Below, piece after piece: positions 14,069 to 28,945 of a stretch of 64,000 bases of DNA. Positions within the stretch are counted from its first letter, which is position 1. The number at the start of each line of letters is the position of its first letter. Position numbers and translations under genes: made by a program. The notes under the pieces were generated by a model. That model was not told the origin of the DNA and did no database searches. It saw only the letters and a program-made list of their open reading frames with translations. Origin of the DNA: Eledone cirrhosa. Lineage: Eukaryota. The stretch lies in contig OZ024750.1 of NCBI GenBank assembly GCA_964016885.1, positions 32,488,001 to 32,552,000 on the forward strand, in the 5' to 3' direction.

Positions 14069-17000
14069 GCAACGATGATAAAATATATATACATATATAC
14101 TTATATGCACGCACACACACACACACACATACACACACTCACATGTTCATGCATACATACAATTAGCTTACACTGTCTAATTAAGTTTAAGTAGAAAATG
14201 CTGATATATTAATAGTTATTAATCAGGCTATTCATTAATAAAAGAACTTCCATTGAAGAAAAGATATGCAACATTTTCACAAAATTGAAGTGAAAATGGC
14301 ATGTAAAATTTTAGCATTAAACATACATTTTAGAAAAATAGCTGTACATATATAGTATGCAAATATATCTACAAACGTTTCCAATATTTTCTTGAAGCCA
14401 AATGGTTCATAACTGCTGTCTTATAAAATAATTTGTTCCCAAGCTTCTTTTATTATATTTTCCCATTATATGTACACATAATGTACTTCCATGTTTAAGA
14501 GATTAGGACAACAATCTTTAAATTCTTAAAGATTTCAGGAATATTTTCAGTTTGAAAATCTAAGTAAAATGAATAAGTAATATGAATTTTAACAAAAACT
14601 TTTAATGTTTCTTTTTACTTTGTTTTCTTTCTTTTATCAATTTCTTGATAAATAGAAAATACAATTTATGATTCTATAGAATATTCAAATATTTATAGAC
14701 TATATAATTATTCACAATTTTCAATTGGTTTTTGTCTTACTAATTTGTAACAAGGAACTCACAACCAAACCTAATGGTCTTTCACAGAATCTTTTGCAAG
14801 ACTCAAAACATTTGTTGAAATAGGAATAAGAATTTTATGAGGGAATAGTTAAATAATTTATGAACATTTTGGAATTTCTCATGGTTTGAGTTTTGCTTTA
14901 GATCTATATTATCAATGAGGACCAAGAATGTTGTATTACCTACTAATGAGAAAAGAAAAACCTAAAACTAAAAAATGTTTTATACCCATAGTAATGGTAA
15001 AACAGGTGATTATAATACAGTGTATTAAATAACCAATGAACTGTTATTTATAAATGTAAAACAAACTTATTTCATTTTCAATATTCCTAATAAGAAGTTT
15101 ATTAATTCTATTATGTAAGAAGACAGTCTAGAAACTTCGTCTTTTGACAATCTTGTATGAAAGAAATCTCATCTATGCTTTCTGATTTTACTCACTCTTT
15201 GATTTATAGACTTTTTTTCTTTTGAATAAATTTAAAAAATGAATTATTTAGAACATAAATTAAATTACTAGTCCGGTATTTCTCTACGATATGATGACAA
15301 TACCCCAAGGAGAATATAAGATCAACATTTGTATATTAAATGAAATGACATTTATACAGCAATTAACTATTGAAATTAGCAAACACAGCGACATGCATGT
15401 GGGTAGGTTTCCACTTGATATTCTGTTCACAACCGTATTGTATTCAATGGATGAGAACACCAAATATTTATCAATTATAAAAATGTTCAATGAAAAATAA
15501 AACTGCAAGAATAAACTATGAATAGCTATGAGTTAGGGAGATAATAAGCTCCAGTAATATGATAAATTCACAAAGATATCATATAGCATAAAAATGGAAT
15601 ATAGGATAATTATGTTTCATTTTAATTGAATGAGTCAGTCATATTTATATAAACTATTTTAATTTGTTTATAGCAACTATTGAAGCTAAGCATAAGAAAA
15701 CATTCCATATCCTTTATTATAAAGGGAGAATCTTAGAAGCATTAAGGCCAATAAGCATAAAATAACAAAATAACCAATGGCCTTTATAGACATTGCTATT
15801 GAAAGAATAAAATGTATTATAATTTACTTCATAAACATTAATTGGTACTATTAAATAATCTACAAAACATCATTCCATTATCTAATAAATATTATAATGC
15901 CTTTAATGTCAGTAATATTTTATATTTTGAGTTGAATTTAATTATTCTACTTTAAAATATTTTGGCATATTCCAACTAGTAGCCAGCTTGCATTTGAGTC
16001 ACATTGCATTGCACTGCACTATGTTATAAAATTATATAACATATTTCATTATATCATACTGCATTAAATATTGAAAAAAAAAGCTATGTGTGATGGAAAA
16101 TAAAAATAAACTTATGTTTTGTATTTCCCAATTGTTCCATATATTTCACCTGACAAGGCTTATATTATTAAAGTAGTAGAATTAATACGAAGCATTGTGA
16201 GTGATAAGTTTCAGAAAGATGGTACAATGGGGTTCAAATATATAAAGGGCAGAAGATAAGAAATAAAACAGTTTATGAAGAAAACATCGATCGTTCGTTT
16301 TTGTTTTTAACCATTTTCATTTCACATTTGAAAAGAGGCTAATAGCCCTGAAATATTATGTTGAAATATACTGGGTAAAACCTTACTTTGTTTTGTTTTA
16401 TTTGTCATCATTTGCTATTTGTATATTTCTAGCAGATTATACCAGCTCTCAAAAACTTATCGGTTATCTATATTATCAATGTTTTTACTGAGTAAATTAT
16501 TAAAGTAACAACCATGAAATTATGTTCTCATCATTGCTGAAGTCTCCAATTTCATTCTATTCATTAATTCTTTTTTTCAATTTATAAAAAGGCTTGAAAC
16601 ACAAAGACAATATCCTCCTTACATAAAAAGTTTAACATTTACTATTTCTTCTTCATAATTTTTCTATAAACCACAATGCTCAATAACTTAAATTCACATC
16701 ACATTTTTGTATCATATCTGGAAAGGGGGCATAAAGATTAGAAAAGTTATACAATAAGATATATCCAGAAAATAGTATCTTTTAATAGATCACAAATATT
16801 TACATCACAAAAGCTTATATAAGTTAAAATTACTTCTAACACAATTACTTCTTTTTACATTAAGACGATTTTATATGAATATATTTTAAGAAGGTAATGG
16901 CTGTATAAAAGGGACAGGATTATATGAATTCGACAATATCATAAACTTCCATAAAAATAAGGTCAGTGTTAATATTATTCAATTTTAGTGCAAGATGCAA

Positions 17001-17112
17001 CAAGTGTTAAATCTTCTGTATTATCTGAATTCAAAATCAAATAAATTCATTTTTAATCTTCAGAATGTCTTTCTTAATCCACAGCTTCTAAGAAGACTTT
17101 TCTCATTTATGG

Positions 17113-17405
17113 TCGCTCTCTGACAGGTTTGCAGTCGAGCCCATAGTAGTGGAGACTTCTGGTATTCTTGGCCCTAGGACCACCTCTCTATTCATCACTA
17201 TTGGCACAGAGTTGGCTACCTGCAGGTGTGAGCCTCATGAGCTGGAATAGCTATTCCAGCGTGTCTCCCTCACCATCCTCTGGGGAAATGCCTTATCTAT
17301 TCGGTCCACAAGGGGACCAGTGCATGGACCCCCATTTGCTTATAATAATGAGATATGGGGAGAGTGAGAGAGACAGAGGCAGTGACAGTGGGAGTTTGGT
17401 GTGGT
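17113..17405 (+). repeat. Unclassified interspersed repeat of about 300 bp; second copy at 45812-46128
   Basis: Both start ctctctgacaggtttgcagtc.agccc and share tccctcaccatcctctg.ggaaat and gaccccattt...gagagtga...tgacagtgggag. Confidence 0.85.
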
Positions 17406-20400
17406 AAATAAATATATGTATATAATTATTTACCACACCACATTAACTGATCCTCCCATATCCTCCAGATAACTCTAATTGTTTGCTCTTAAAGAACATA
17501 AATGAAAAAAGGCTAACTGAACTGAAAATATGAGTTTTATTTGCACTTACTGGCAGATTGACCATTTTCTTTGCATTTTTGGAATTATTTACTCTATTGC
17601 TTAAGCCATTCCTTTTCGATAAAAGATTTTAAATGATAACACCTGATCATAGTAATTTTTAATATGGAGGTCATTATTCTATATTCATAATTTCATTCAA
17701 GTAAAGTTAATTAACAGAAAATATTTTTTTTTAGAACTTTTTCCGGCTTGTTTATATTCTGAGTTCAAATCCTGCCAAGATTAATTTGCTTTTCATCATT
17801 CTGGGTTCAACATTATGAAGTAGTATTTACGTTTAGAGGGTCAGTTTAATCAACTAACCCCTTCTAAAATAATCTTGCACCTATGTGTAAAATTGTTATT
17901 TGTAATTTAATCTTTAAAAGAAAAGACAATATAGTGGTTGCAAATATTGCCTTAATCTAAAATACAATTAGGAGTAATTAAATTAAATTAAGAATATCTG
18001 AAGAGAGTATTTCAGTCACATGGTTTCCTTTTTAAACAGACTAAATGTCAAAACTCTAAGCTATATAGTAAATGATATTTTAGTAAATAAAGCTTAAACA
18101 AATAAAACAAGTGAAAACTTCACAGTTTTCTTTAAAGGTTAATTTTGCTTCTAAGTTTTATTGCAATTGGATTATTAGCTTAGATTAATTAATCACTAAA
18201 TATGATTAATTGGCTGTTATTGACTATAGTAGTTATGCAGTATATCTTTAATATATGGAGTAGATCTTAAGATGTCCAGAATACAGTTCTGTTCAAATGA
18301 TGTAATTAAAGATGAAACTAATACATATATTAACCAATGATAACAAACAGATAAAAAATATCAAGGTTACATTACATTTTATGACTTTTATATATGAAAT
18401 GTTAAAAAACTGAGCTCTATGTTAGTCTACTTTCTGCAATTCTGGTTGCCTTGCATTCATCAACTTAAAAATACCAAACTACCAATACTGCAGTTTAGTA
18501 GATGTCTATTTAATGCAGTTTAGTTCTAATTATTAAGAATATAACTTGGTACCAACGGTGCCAAGCATCCGGAGCAATATGTGTTAACCAAAATAATTCT
18601 TTATGGTGGAATTGCAAACCGTATAGCACCAACAAGAAGAATTGAGTTTAGAACTGTACAATGAAAGGAAGCCTTAAGTAATTTTGATGTAAAATAATTT
18701 GCTGGCCATTTGACACTTCCACAATAAAGTTCAAAGATATCAAATAATAAAAGTAAATATTTATACATGGCATTGAATTTAAACTTCGTTTACATAATAG
18801 TATTGCTATCATGTTATAATAACCATTATATAAATACTTAATTAAGACTGGTAGTTAAAAGAGGATTTGTATTTAACCCAAATGGTTTAGTAATCCACAA
18901 AAGAAATATTAATCACCAGAAAATGAACTAATTTTATTGTTATTCTTTTAAATGTTTCAATAACATTCTATGTCAGAAAAAGTAAAACATTGACTCACAA
19001 GATAATTTATTTAGTAAACCATTAATTCATTAATTCAATATCTACCAGTCACTCTGTTATTGTAATTTTAAACCCTTTGTTGTCTTAGAAAATGAATTTT
19101 AAAGCATTTCTATTTAATTGTCAATATTTCAATTATTTAATTTTTATAGAATTACAAGAAAATTGCTGTGAGGCAAGCATTTAGTTTCATAACAGATAAA
19201 CCCTCTGACCTCAAATAAATAAAAGCAATATACACTTTGTAATATTATTATACAATTGATCAACACAAGCAAAAATAAGTTATCTTTATCTCACATATTC
19301 ACATACTAAAGGCACACACACAGTTACATCATATATTTTATACAGCAGAAATCAATAAACATTTTTCATAAATCTTTACAAAAATATGCTACCCTATAAA
19401 TGTGATTAAACTAAAGATATATACATTTTTATATTGTCTCAAATTTGTTATAACTAAAACTGAAAACTGTTCAATAATTCAAGCAATAAATGATGAAGAT
19501 GGTAAATCCAGCACAAGGTATATTTCAAACATATAAACAGCTACTTAGAGATTACTGTCCTCTTCTCAAATTAAATTGATTTTCTCTAAGATGATGAGGA
19601 AAATGAAACAATGATACAAACTTTTAAGCAAGCTTATGTTCAAATTACTATTACAGTTTCAATCAATAACTAAATTTAGATTTACAGCTTTCAAGGGAAA
19701 ATTGATTATGAATAAAATTTTGTCTAATTATGTTTATGCATTCATGTTTTATAAGAGATGTAACTATGTTAAAATCAAATAGGTACTGTAGTCAACTCTC
19801 TATACTATTATATATTCCATAGTTTAAAGTTAGATTTCCATATTCAATAAAAAGATTTATTTATATATTGCACATATTATCCAGATTAGTTGTAAAAGAA
19901 CGCAATAGCTTAATATTAAATTGCTAAACAGATTTTTAAATGATTACTTAACCATTGTTACATCCAGCATATGTTATGAAATATCCATAGCAATAATTTC
20001 CTATCTTTAAAAAGAATGTGTATTTTGAGTAGTTGATTCATTTTCACCACAAACAGCCACAAAAGCTTTTCAGGGAGGTGAAAGAAAGGATAATGTTGAT
20101 ATTTTAATAACCGTTCTGTGTACAAGACATATGCAACATTTCATAGAGTTCTTTGTTAGGGCAATGGGAGTGATAAATGCTGCAATAATGTTGGACTAAA
20201 CTAAAGAATTTGTCTAATTAATGACAATTAACTTTAAATGTTGAAAAGTGTAAGTGTTTAGAATTTAAGCTGAAAATGGCTTCAACTATTGCCATTGAAT
20301 ATAACATAAGTTCATGTAAGCAGTTGCAGATAAGAAAGGTCTTAATATGATTATAGTTAAGAATTGCATTTCCACAATTATACTGCAGCTGCAGTGAAAA

Positions 20401-22500
20401 AAAATAACAACAAAATATTGTCAGTAATCGAGAGAGTTGGGAAAGGCCCATACAAACAGAAGAATCAGATTCTTATGAAAATATACAAAGTAAAATTGCT
20501 ATATGGATAGAATCTATAAACGAGTTGTTATAGTTAATTTCATACAGCAAGCTATCAATGCAACAAACCTCAATGTTTAAGATTCATGCAAAGGTGATCA
20601 ATCACCAAAGGAGATTGTCAAGTCAAAGACAACTAAAAGATTTATAGAGACATTTTATAAATATTGGAAGCACGAAAAACTTAAATGCTTTTCTAATAAT
20701 CAGAAAATGTATATTTGTAATAAGTCAGTATTTACTGACATAAGTAGGTAAAGCTTACCATATTCAGCTGGGTTTCTGTGTAATTGGAAAGTGTTACATT
20801 TGCTTGCAATATCAACATTGAAATCTAAACTATACAAGAAAACAAACTCATATGCTGAATCAAATAGATTCTAAGATATGATTCAGACCATCAAGAAGAA
20901 ATTAAATGAATATATGAAGAAAGAAATAAGTAAATTATTATATATTATAAATAGATATATTCAGAGAGTTAATAACAGTTGTCATTTAAAGCAGTAGCAA
21001 AATATGGAAATACAACAAAGCAACACTAATTGTAATGTAAAATGGTTAGCGAGTTTAAGCTATTTTATTTTCATATAATACACACCTTGCTAGCAGAAAA
21101 AGTAGATGTTAAAACGACAAAGATAATGATGATGATGACATAATTTAAGGAAATTTACATATATTTATGTCCTCACAACTCAAGCTATGTAATTTCCACC
21201 TACCTATCCTCCCGTAAAGAAAACTATAGAATTTAACATACATCTACTATATAATTGTTATATATATATATTTACATATACACATACACATATATGTAAA
21301 TATACATTTATATATATATATATATATACATTTATATATATATATATACAATATATATATATATATATACAATATATATATATATATATAGTAATAATAA
21401 TAAATGTGAAAACTAAAATCCGAAACTTTAATCTGTTATTTTAATATATATATATATAAATATTTGCTCTACGGTTCTTATATATTTGATATATATTTAT
21501 CCTTATCGAGCCCTCTTTGGATTTTAGTCTTCAATTTATTATTATTACTATATATATATATATAGTAATGATTGTGTAAGGAAGAATGATATCAAAGCTG
21601 TCCATATTAGCTCATGTCATCATTCCCCCCTGTCCATGTGACTTATAGTAAACAACTACTAATCTTACTTAGCCTAATCTATCTCTCCTGCTAGCCATCA
21701 CTCACTCTCCCTTAACATGACGCATCTCTACTTTTATAGCTTCCTCTTGCTAATACTGTTCTCTATTCATTCGCCCTACCAACAACCAACATGTAGCTAT
21801 CATTTAATCTTTTCCAGTCCAAAACAGAATGGTTTGGAGCAATTTCATCATAATTATATGTTCAATACTTAACAAAATTTCTATTGCTGGATGCCCTTCA
21901 TAATACCCACCTCCTTCCAGAGTGTATTATGTGTGTTTTTATTTTTTGTGGCACCAACACTACCACTTTACAGAGTGTACAAGATACATTTTATCATAGC
22001 TTCAATGCTAACATTTTACAGAATGTACAAGGTGCATTTTATCATAACACCAGTTACATGGACATCCAGACGTAAAGGTCCTCTCAAACTGCGTATGTAC
22101 TCCCATCACCAAACTATTTAGTCTCTCATCACATTTACTTGTAGTGTTGCATTGTTTGTACAGCTGAATGAGTCTTTTGTATTATAGTACATTACTAGTC
22201 AGCATGGTTCTGTATCATCTCCAACATGAAATTCAATTTTAGGAGGAGATTCTTCACAAGCTTGTCCTATATCTTCATTGGTCTCTCTCTCTCTCTCTCT
22301 TTCACAGGTCCCAGCCATTTTAAGTGCTTGGCACTTTTTACAGTGCTCTCATTCTCTTTATGCATCTCATGACCAGTGCAATCAATTCTCATGCATCTTA
22401 CATTTAGATTTTCTTCAGCTCAGATTTTGCTTCAGGTCACTTGGGTGCTGGCATTGCTACACATCATTAATATTACACATTCATGTGTATATATATATAT

Positions 22501-22556
<56 letters not shown>

Positions 22557-23044
22557 GTATATGTATATATATATTATATATTATATATATACATATACAT
22601 ATATGCACACATACAAGCCCCTATATATATATATATATTATATATAATATATTTACATATAATATACACACATACATACACACACATACATGCCTATATA
22701 TATATATATATATACTCTTTTACCTGTTCTAGAGAGAGAGAGAAAGAGATTCAGATAGACAAGCAAACAGGGAAATGTTTTTGATAATAATTAGTATTTT
22801 TACTTATTTCATTAATGGAATGAAAATCAAAGCATTGTTGTGGCGAATCAATTTTCTGATGACAGTCATTTAATATAAATTTTTTAGGAAAGACTAATTG
22901 GATGCAACAATTACATAATTATTGTTTCAGGTTAAAAGCAGAATATTTCATGAGATATTTTATTTAAATGTAAGCTGTAGACTTCATTGTAAAAATAATG
23001 TCTGAAATATGTAACATTTGATTGTTTGAAGTATTTCTATATAT

Positions 23045-23232
23045 AATTGTTTCTACTTTCGGCACAAGGCCAGCAATTACCCAGTACATTACTGGTACTT
23101 TATTTTATCGACCCCATAAGGATGAAAGGCAAAGTTAACCTCGGCGGGATTTGAACTCATAATGGCAAGAGCCGTAACTCTATGCGTCAAAGCATGCCAT
23201 CCGATCTTCTACCGATACTGCCAATCCACTGC
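23045..23232 (-). mobile_element. SINE family A
   Basis: Near-consensus reverse-complement copy, head to head with the family B copy at 23255. Confidence 0.85.
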
Positions 23233-23254
23233 CCTTATTTCTATATATAATGTG

Positions 23255-23645
23255 AGGAGGCACGGCTCAGTGGTTAGAGCATTGCCCTTGAAATCGAAAG
23301 GTTGTGAGTTCAATTCTCAGACCGGGTGATGTGTTGTTTCCTTGAGCAAGAGACTTTATTTTACATTGCTCCAGTTTACTCAGCTGTAGAAATGAGATGA
23401 TAGGGACTGGGGTCCCTATCATTCCACTGCAAAGTGGTAGTGGAGGTGCCATGGCAAAAAAGCACCCAGCCCACACTGTAAAGTGGATGTGGAGGCACCA
23501 CGGCAAAAAACAGCACCCAGCACTCACTGTAAATCAGGTTGGTGTTAGGAAGGGCATCCAGCTGTAGAAATCAAGCCAGAATCAGTTTCCATCCCACCTT
23601 TGCAAGCACGGAAAACTGGACGTAAAATGATGATGATGATGATGA
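23255..23645 (+). mobile_element. Full-length tRNA-derived SINE, family B (tRNA head, CORE-like domain, 48-bp internal repeats, stem-loop and (TGA)n tail)
   Basis: A box ggctcagtggttagagc and B box gagttcaattc, then tccttgagcaagagacttt...ctcagctgtagaaatg (CORE-like). The tail is ggtgttaggaagggcatccagctgtagaaa...ggacgtaaaatgatgatg. Confidence 0.85.
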
Positions 23646-23754
23646 GGAATGTGAGTGATAAAAGCATACAGAGTTATGAGAATTAGATGGAAACAACACC
23701 TGAATAATGGCCATGGAGCCCCACTGATGGTATACGCTATATAATATATGTCAT

Positions 23755-24485
23755 AACCTCCATCACTAACACCACACTGTAGGTATATTATATACACTCT
23801 AGCCTACATCATTAACACTACACTGCAGATATATATTATGCACCCTAACCTCCATCACTATCACCACACTGTAGGTATATAATATATACCCTCTCCTCCA
23901 TCACTGACACCACACTGTAGGTATATATAATATATACCCCCACCTCCATCACTGACACCACACTGTAGGTATATATAATATATACACCTGTCTCCATTAC
24001 TAACACCACACTGCAGATATATAATATATACCCTAACCTCCATCACTATCACCACACTGTAGGTATATAATATTTACCCTCACCTCCATCACTGACACCA
24101 CACTGTAGGTATATATAATATATACACCTGTCTCCATTACTAACACCACACTGCAGATATATAGTATGCACCCTAACCTCCATCACTATCACCACACTGA
24201 CTGTAGGTATATAATATATACCCTAACCTCCATCACTATCACCACACTGTAGGTATATAATATATACCCTCACCTCCATCACTAACACCACACTGTAGGT
24301 ATATATAATATATACACCTCTCTCCATTACTAACACCACACTGCAGGTATATATATATATATATATATTATACGCCTTAACCTCCAACACTAACACCACT
24401 TTTAAGGTATATAATATACACACTAACTTCCACCAATAACACCAAATTGTATATTTTACACACTAGCTTCCACCACTAACACCAT
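23755..24485. repeat. 46-48-bp minisatellite (cctccatcactaacaccacactgtaggtatataatatataccctca-like), about 15 copies
   Basis: cctccatc recurs at 23849, 23895, 23943 and onwards; the edges are degenerate. Confidence 0.92.
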
Positions 24486-24539
24486 CAGATGTCCAGTTTG
24501 TGATGCCTGCACTGGTTGTCAGATTTCTTCCAATACCAT

Positions 24540-25470
24540 ATGCAAAAATTCATTGCGGCCTTTGGTTAACTCCTTCATGACCTTTAGTTTCTTCAGCTTT
24601 TCTCTCAGCTCATTAGTGATATCTTGTGTCATTCACTCCAATATTACTTACATTTCACTAGATGAGTAATATTGGAGTGAATATTTCCAGCAAATAATTT
24701 GCATTCAAGGGCCACACATTGCTAGCATGCAGAAACATTTAATAATCTGCACTTCACTCTGAGAGAGGAAACCCTTTGTTAGCAGCAGTAGCAATATCTC
24801 CCCGAATTTTATATCCCTGTTCTTACTTTGGCTCCTAAGCTTTTAGAATTACACCCACCCATCACAACTGTTAATTGGACCCCCTATATAACTAAAGCTA
24901 TTAACTACTTCCAAGAAGCCTTCCAAGTATTTTAAAGAATCTATTTCACATCTGTTTTTACATGTGCATTTGCCAACTATAAAATATATTTTCTCTGTTA
25001 GCCTGTCCCTTATTGATTACACTCTTTTACACCATAGTTCTCACTGAGTATACTTTATGGAATCTTTAAGTATTTATTTTTTGTATATTAAGCACAACCA
25101 TTTCCTAGCTGATCACAGAACCTAGGCCTCTTTCCTGCTAACTAAAACTTTCATTTTAGCTTGTTTTACTTTGAAGTTTCCCAATTCTGGCTTTTGCTTC
25201 TGAGTCTGGAATTTCTTCTCTACATCTACTAGAAATTCAGCTATAAGAACTGTTATCAACATTCATCTGCATACAAGAATTTTTCCCCAAACCAGTCAAA
25301 CTTTTCTCTTATGGTCTAGTGGATCCAAATCTGCATGCTATATTTATTCATGTACTTATTGTTAATTCTTGCCTGGCTGACTGTACCTCTGTATGAAACT
25401 TATGCACCCCTCACCAACCATTTATCTATCTCTAGTTTCTTTAGTAACCATTAAATTATTGAGCATAGAA
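24540..25470 (-). mobile_element. Heavily decayed RTE-clade LINE RT fragment
   Basis: Frame-broken motifs LKKLEIDKWLVR..YRGTVSQARIN, LYADE (YADD-like), KFGEILLLLLTKGFPLRVKCRL and HASNVWPL. Confidence 0.65.
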
Positions 25471-27429
25471 GCCTGTGAAAAATCGTTTTGTATGAAGGAG
25501 ACAAATTAATACATCTTTGTATACGTATTTTGTTTTCCTTTTTCAACTTTTAAAAGTCATCAAATTCATTTGATTATGATATGGAATACAATTTAACATT
25601 TTAAATATTTTTGTTGCGACAGCCAACTGAATTTGTCAGAGTCCGACATACAGAAATCAGACAAATCTAGATGAATTTCGTCCACAATCAAAATTCTCAG
25701 TGTACACAAAAAGTGAAGATTTGTAAGGGTTTAAGTAAATGTTCACTCTAATTTATAGTCTTCTATGCTAGCTTTGTTTTTTTCATTTCTGTCCTTCAAA
25801 TGTTTATGAATATTGTATTACTAGCATTGCCATATCAGAAACAAATAATCTTTTGGATGTGCTTTTTCCACATTCCAGGCAATAATGTCTGGTATTTTTT
25901 ATCAAGGTTTACTTAACTGCAGTGAGGTTTTGTAAAGTTAACATATTTTTTCTGTTAACATATAAAGACAATGGACGCAAAGCATGGTCATTGTTTTAAC
26001 TAACCATCTAACCCATGCTAGCATGGAAGATGGACATTAAACGAAGATGATGATCTAACAATAACAGCAGATAAAATTATATTTCACATTTATATAGATA
26101 GCTTTAGTCTATGAAAAATAAAGTCAAATAATTATATTTTGCACAACACAATTTGATAAGCAGATAATCATGATGAATTCTATAAAATATAGTAGCATTT
26201 TAAACCCTTTTATTTAATGTCTAGTTGAATATGTCTGACATTTTACATTTATGTAATCAGTAGAAATTATTCTACAATCGATCATGTTTTCTGTAATAAA
26301 TCTAATGTTATTATATTTGTTAATGTATTTTATATTTGTAATAAAAACCTTAGGTTATAATGATATGTCACCAAATGCTATTTATACAAAATCATTACAA
26401 TATTGTTGTGATGCTGGTAGATTTCTGCTAACATGATTTTGGTTTACAATAAATAAACAATCTCTCATATCTTGATACATAATATACCACATTATTGTTT
26501 TAAATAACATGATTAACTATTAATAATGTTACATCTATCTTCTATTTCACTTTCATTCTATTTTGTATGTATTATATATATATTTATTATTATGTATTTT
26601 CTATTGTTTTAATGCAAATCATATCAAATTTAAACTTGTTTTTATTGAGATAATATAAAATCAAATTAGAGTCATGTCTACTTTATGTGCTTTCATTTCT
26701 GAATGTAAATGTAAGCATTGATATTCGAGTTATTGATATTCATAGCATTTAGATGATAGCAGTCTAAACAACATAATAAAGAAAAGTTTATATACATTTC
26801 TTTAGATTTATCTGTGTAAAAAGTATTGTCTTGACAACAAACATTCTTTTAATTGATACTTATGTATGAACTAATTAATTCTCCTGAGCAATGATTGTAA
26901 CATTATTGGTTTATTTCTAAGAAACAAGATTTTTAACATTCTCCATTAATAGACCAGCAGCAAAATCGTAAATATATCTCATTTCTATTGGTAAACATTT
27001 CAATTTTTTCAGGTGGTACCAAAGAAAATATTTCAAAATTAATATATAAACACCTTAATTTTCTGTTATTGAAACGTACTATAATGCAATATTCCTATCT
27101 TCTTTTTTATAAAGTTATTTTGATACAAACAGCTCGGAGCAGTATAGATTTATATTGTTTCACAAATAAAATTAATGATTCCATTTACATTGCTGATAAA
27201 CAACATAGGAATGGTGATATATTTTAAAAGTAATATAACAGCAGTTGCAAATAATAGAAATTATTTAGACATATAGGGAGCATGAAAATGTGATTGTTTG
27301 ATTAACATTGTGATGTAAAGGATTGATAGAACATCAACTATAAGTTGTAACTAAGTCACAGAACTGAATTTATATGAAACTAATTAACTTGCAGACTAAA
27401 ATATGTCTTATAATATTAATTTATATATT

Positions 27430-27692
27430 TACTGTAAAGTGGTGTTGTTGGCATCATGACAAAAAGTATCCAGTCCAAACTGTAAAATGGTCATTTTGGT
27501 GCCATGATAAAAAGCACCCAGTTCACTCTGCAAATGTGGTTGGAGTTGGGAAGTGCATCCAGTCATAGCAACCAAGCCAGAAACAGTCTAATGTGAGGAA
27601 GACACAGTTAACTATCCTGACTTGTCTCACAATAAGACAACTCATCTAACCCATGCAGGCATGGAATAATGGATGTTAAACGATGATGATGA
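27430..27692 (+). mobile_element. SINE family B, diverged copy
   Basis: actgtaaagtgg internal repeats, ggaagtgcatccag and the ccatgcaggcatgg...gatgatgat tail. Confidence 0.75.
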
Positions 27693-28504
27693 TATAGTTA
27701 GGTAGTATGTCAATAATAAGTCAGGCTAGTGGAGATTTCAAGCAACTAATTATAACCCTGATTGGGATCTTTGATGCACATGAGTGAAGAACTGTATCTG
27801 AAGTTTTTCAGGGTATTTTCATCACTCAAATACATTCTACACTTTATAAGCTTTAAGTGGGGTGATGTCAAATAAATTAAACGTTATCAAAATAAGTTTT
27901 AGTGACAAAATAAACTTCAGATTCTAGTGTGAACAATGAAATTTTCTCTATCATCCTTCAACTAAGCACAAAGCTAATTCCATGAGAAAAAGGATGAAAT
28001 GAGTTAATTTAGGTGGTCTTTTAACCATTTCATGGTATTATTAATGGAATATACCCTATCTTAATTAATTAATATGTTTGAGGGATTTACTAAACTTATT
28101 AATTATTTTTAGAAAATTGTGAGCAAAATCTGAAAATTGAATTAGAAGATTTCTCCGTAACGTTTTCCATTCAGGGAGTTTATATGCTCTGTTATTATTA
28201 GACTATTTTCTTTAGTCAAAATTAGAATGAAATCTTCTAATTCATTAATTAATATATTACTAAGATAGTGACTTAACATATGGTTCTAAAATAGTATTTT
28301 AATTTAAATAGAAACAATTTGAAATGGGGTGTTTTGTTTCATAGGTCTTGAGCTGGTTTTGCCTGGGTTAACATCAAAACGGTTAATGAAACTTTGTAAT
28401 TCCAAGGTATTAAATGCAAAACAAACTGGAATAACATACTAAGAATTTAAAATAATTTAAGTGACACCACAAAACTGTCTCTGCAACAGTCAGTGTAATA
28501 TTAT

Positions 28505-28742
28505 AACCACTTCTTCTTGACCCACTTATTCCTGAGAGGGTCATGGAGGCAGAATCCTCAAACACTCCTTCCAGCGGGTCCTGTCAGAAGCAACTGTCTC
28601 CAACTGATCCGGCTGGATCCCCAAGTTAGACAAGCCAAGCTCATGGATGTTATCCAACCATCTTGCTCTGTGTCTAACCATGTGTCCACTGGCCGTTGGT
28701 TTTGCTAGTAAAATCTGTCCAATGATTCTTTCCTGAGACATT
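28505..28742 (-). mobile_element. RTE-clade LINE extreme 3' end, same family as 46760-47700
   Basis: MSQERIIGQILLAKPT...ARWLDNIHELGLSNLGI...VASDRTRWK, ending in aagaagaag. Confidence 0.8.
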
Positions 28743-28898
28743 CTATATTCTTTAGTAATGAAATAATTATATTGAATTGTTTATTATGTAATTAAATAGC
28801 TCTGTACAATACATAGAGCACTCTTCTTTCCTTTACCTTTTCTATGGAAATACTTAACACACACTCATACATACATACATACACACACCCACATATAA

Positions 28899-28945
<47 letters not shown>

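Noticed and set aside
20370-20451. FPTLSITD... peptide on the minus strand, resembling the start of the complexin last exon
   Set aside because: There is no AG acceptor in the required position and phase, no CaaX end, and the similarity is limited to FPT.
23258-23325. tRNA gene
   Set aside because: A and B boxes are present, but there is no clean cloverleaf and the sequence continues directly into a SINE body, so it is a SINE head.
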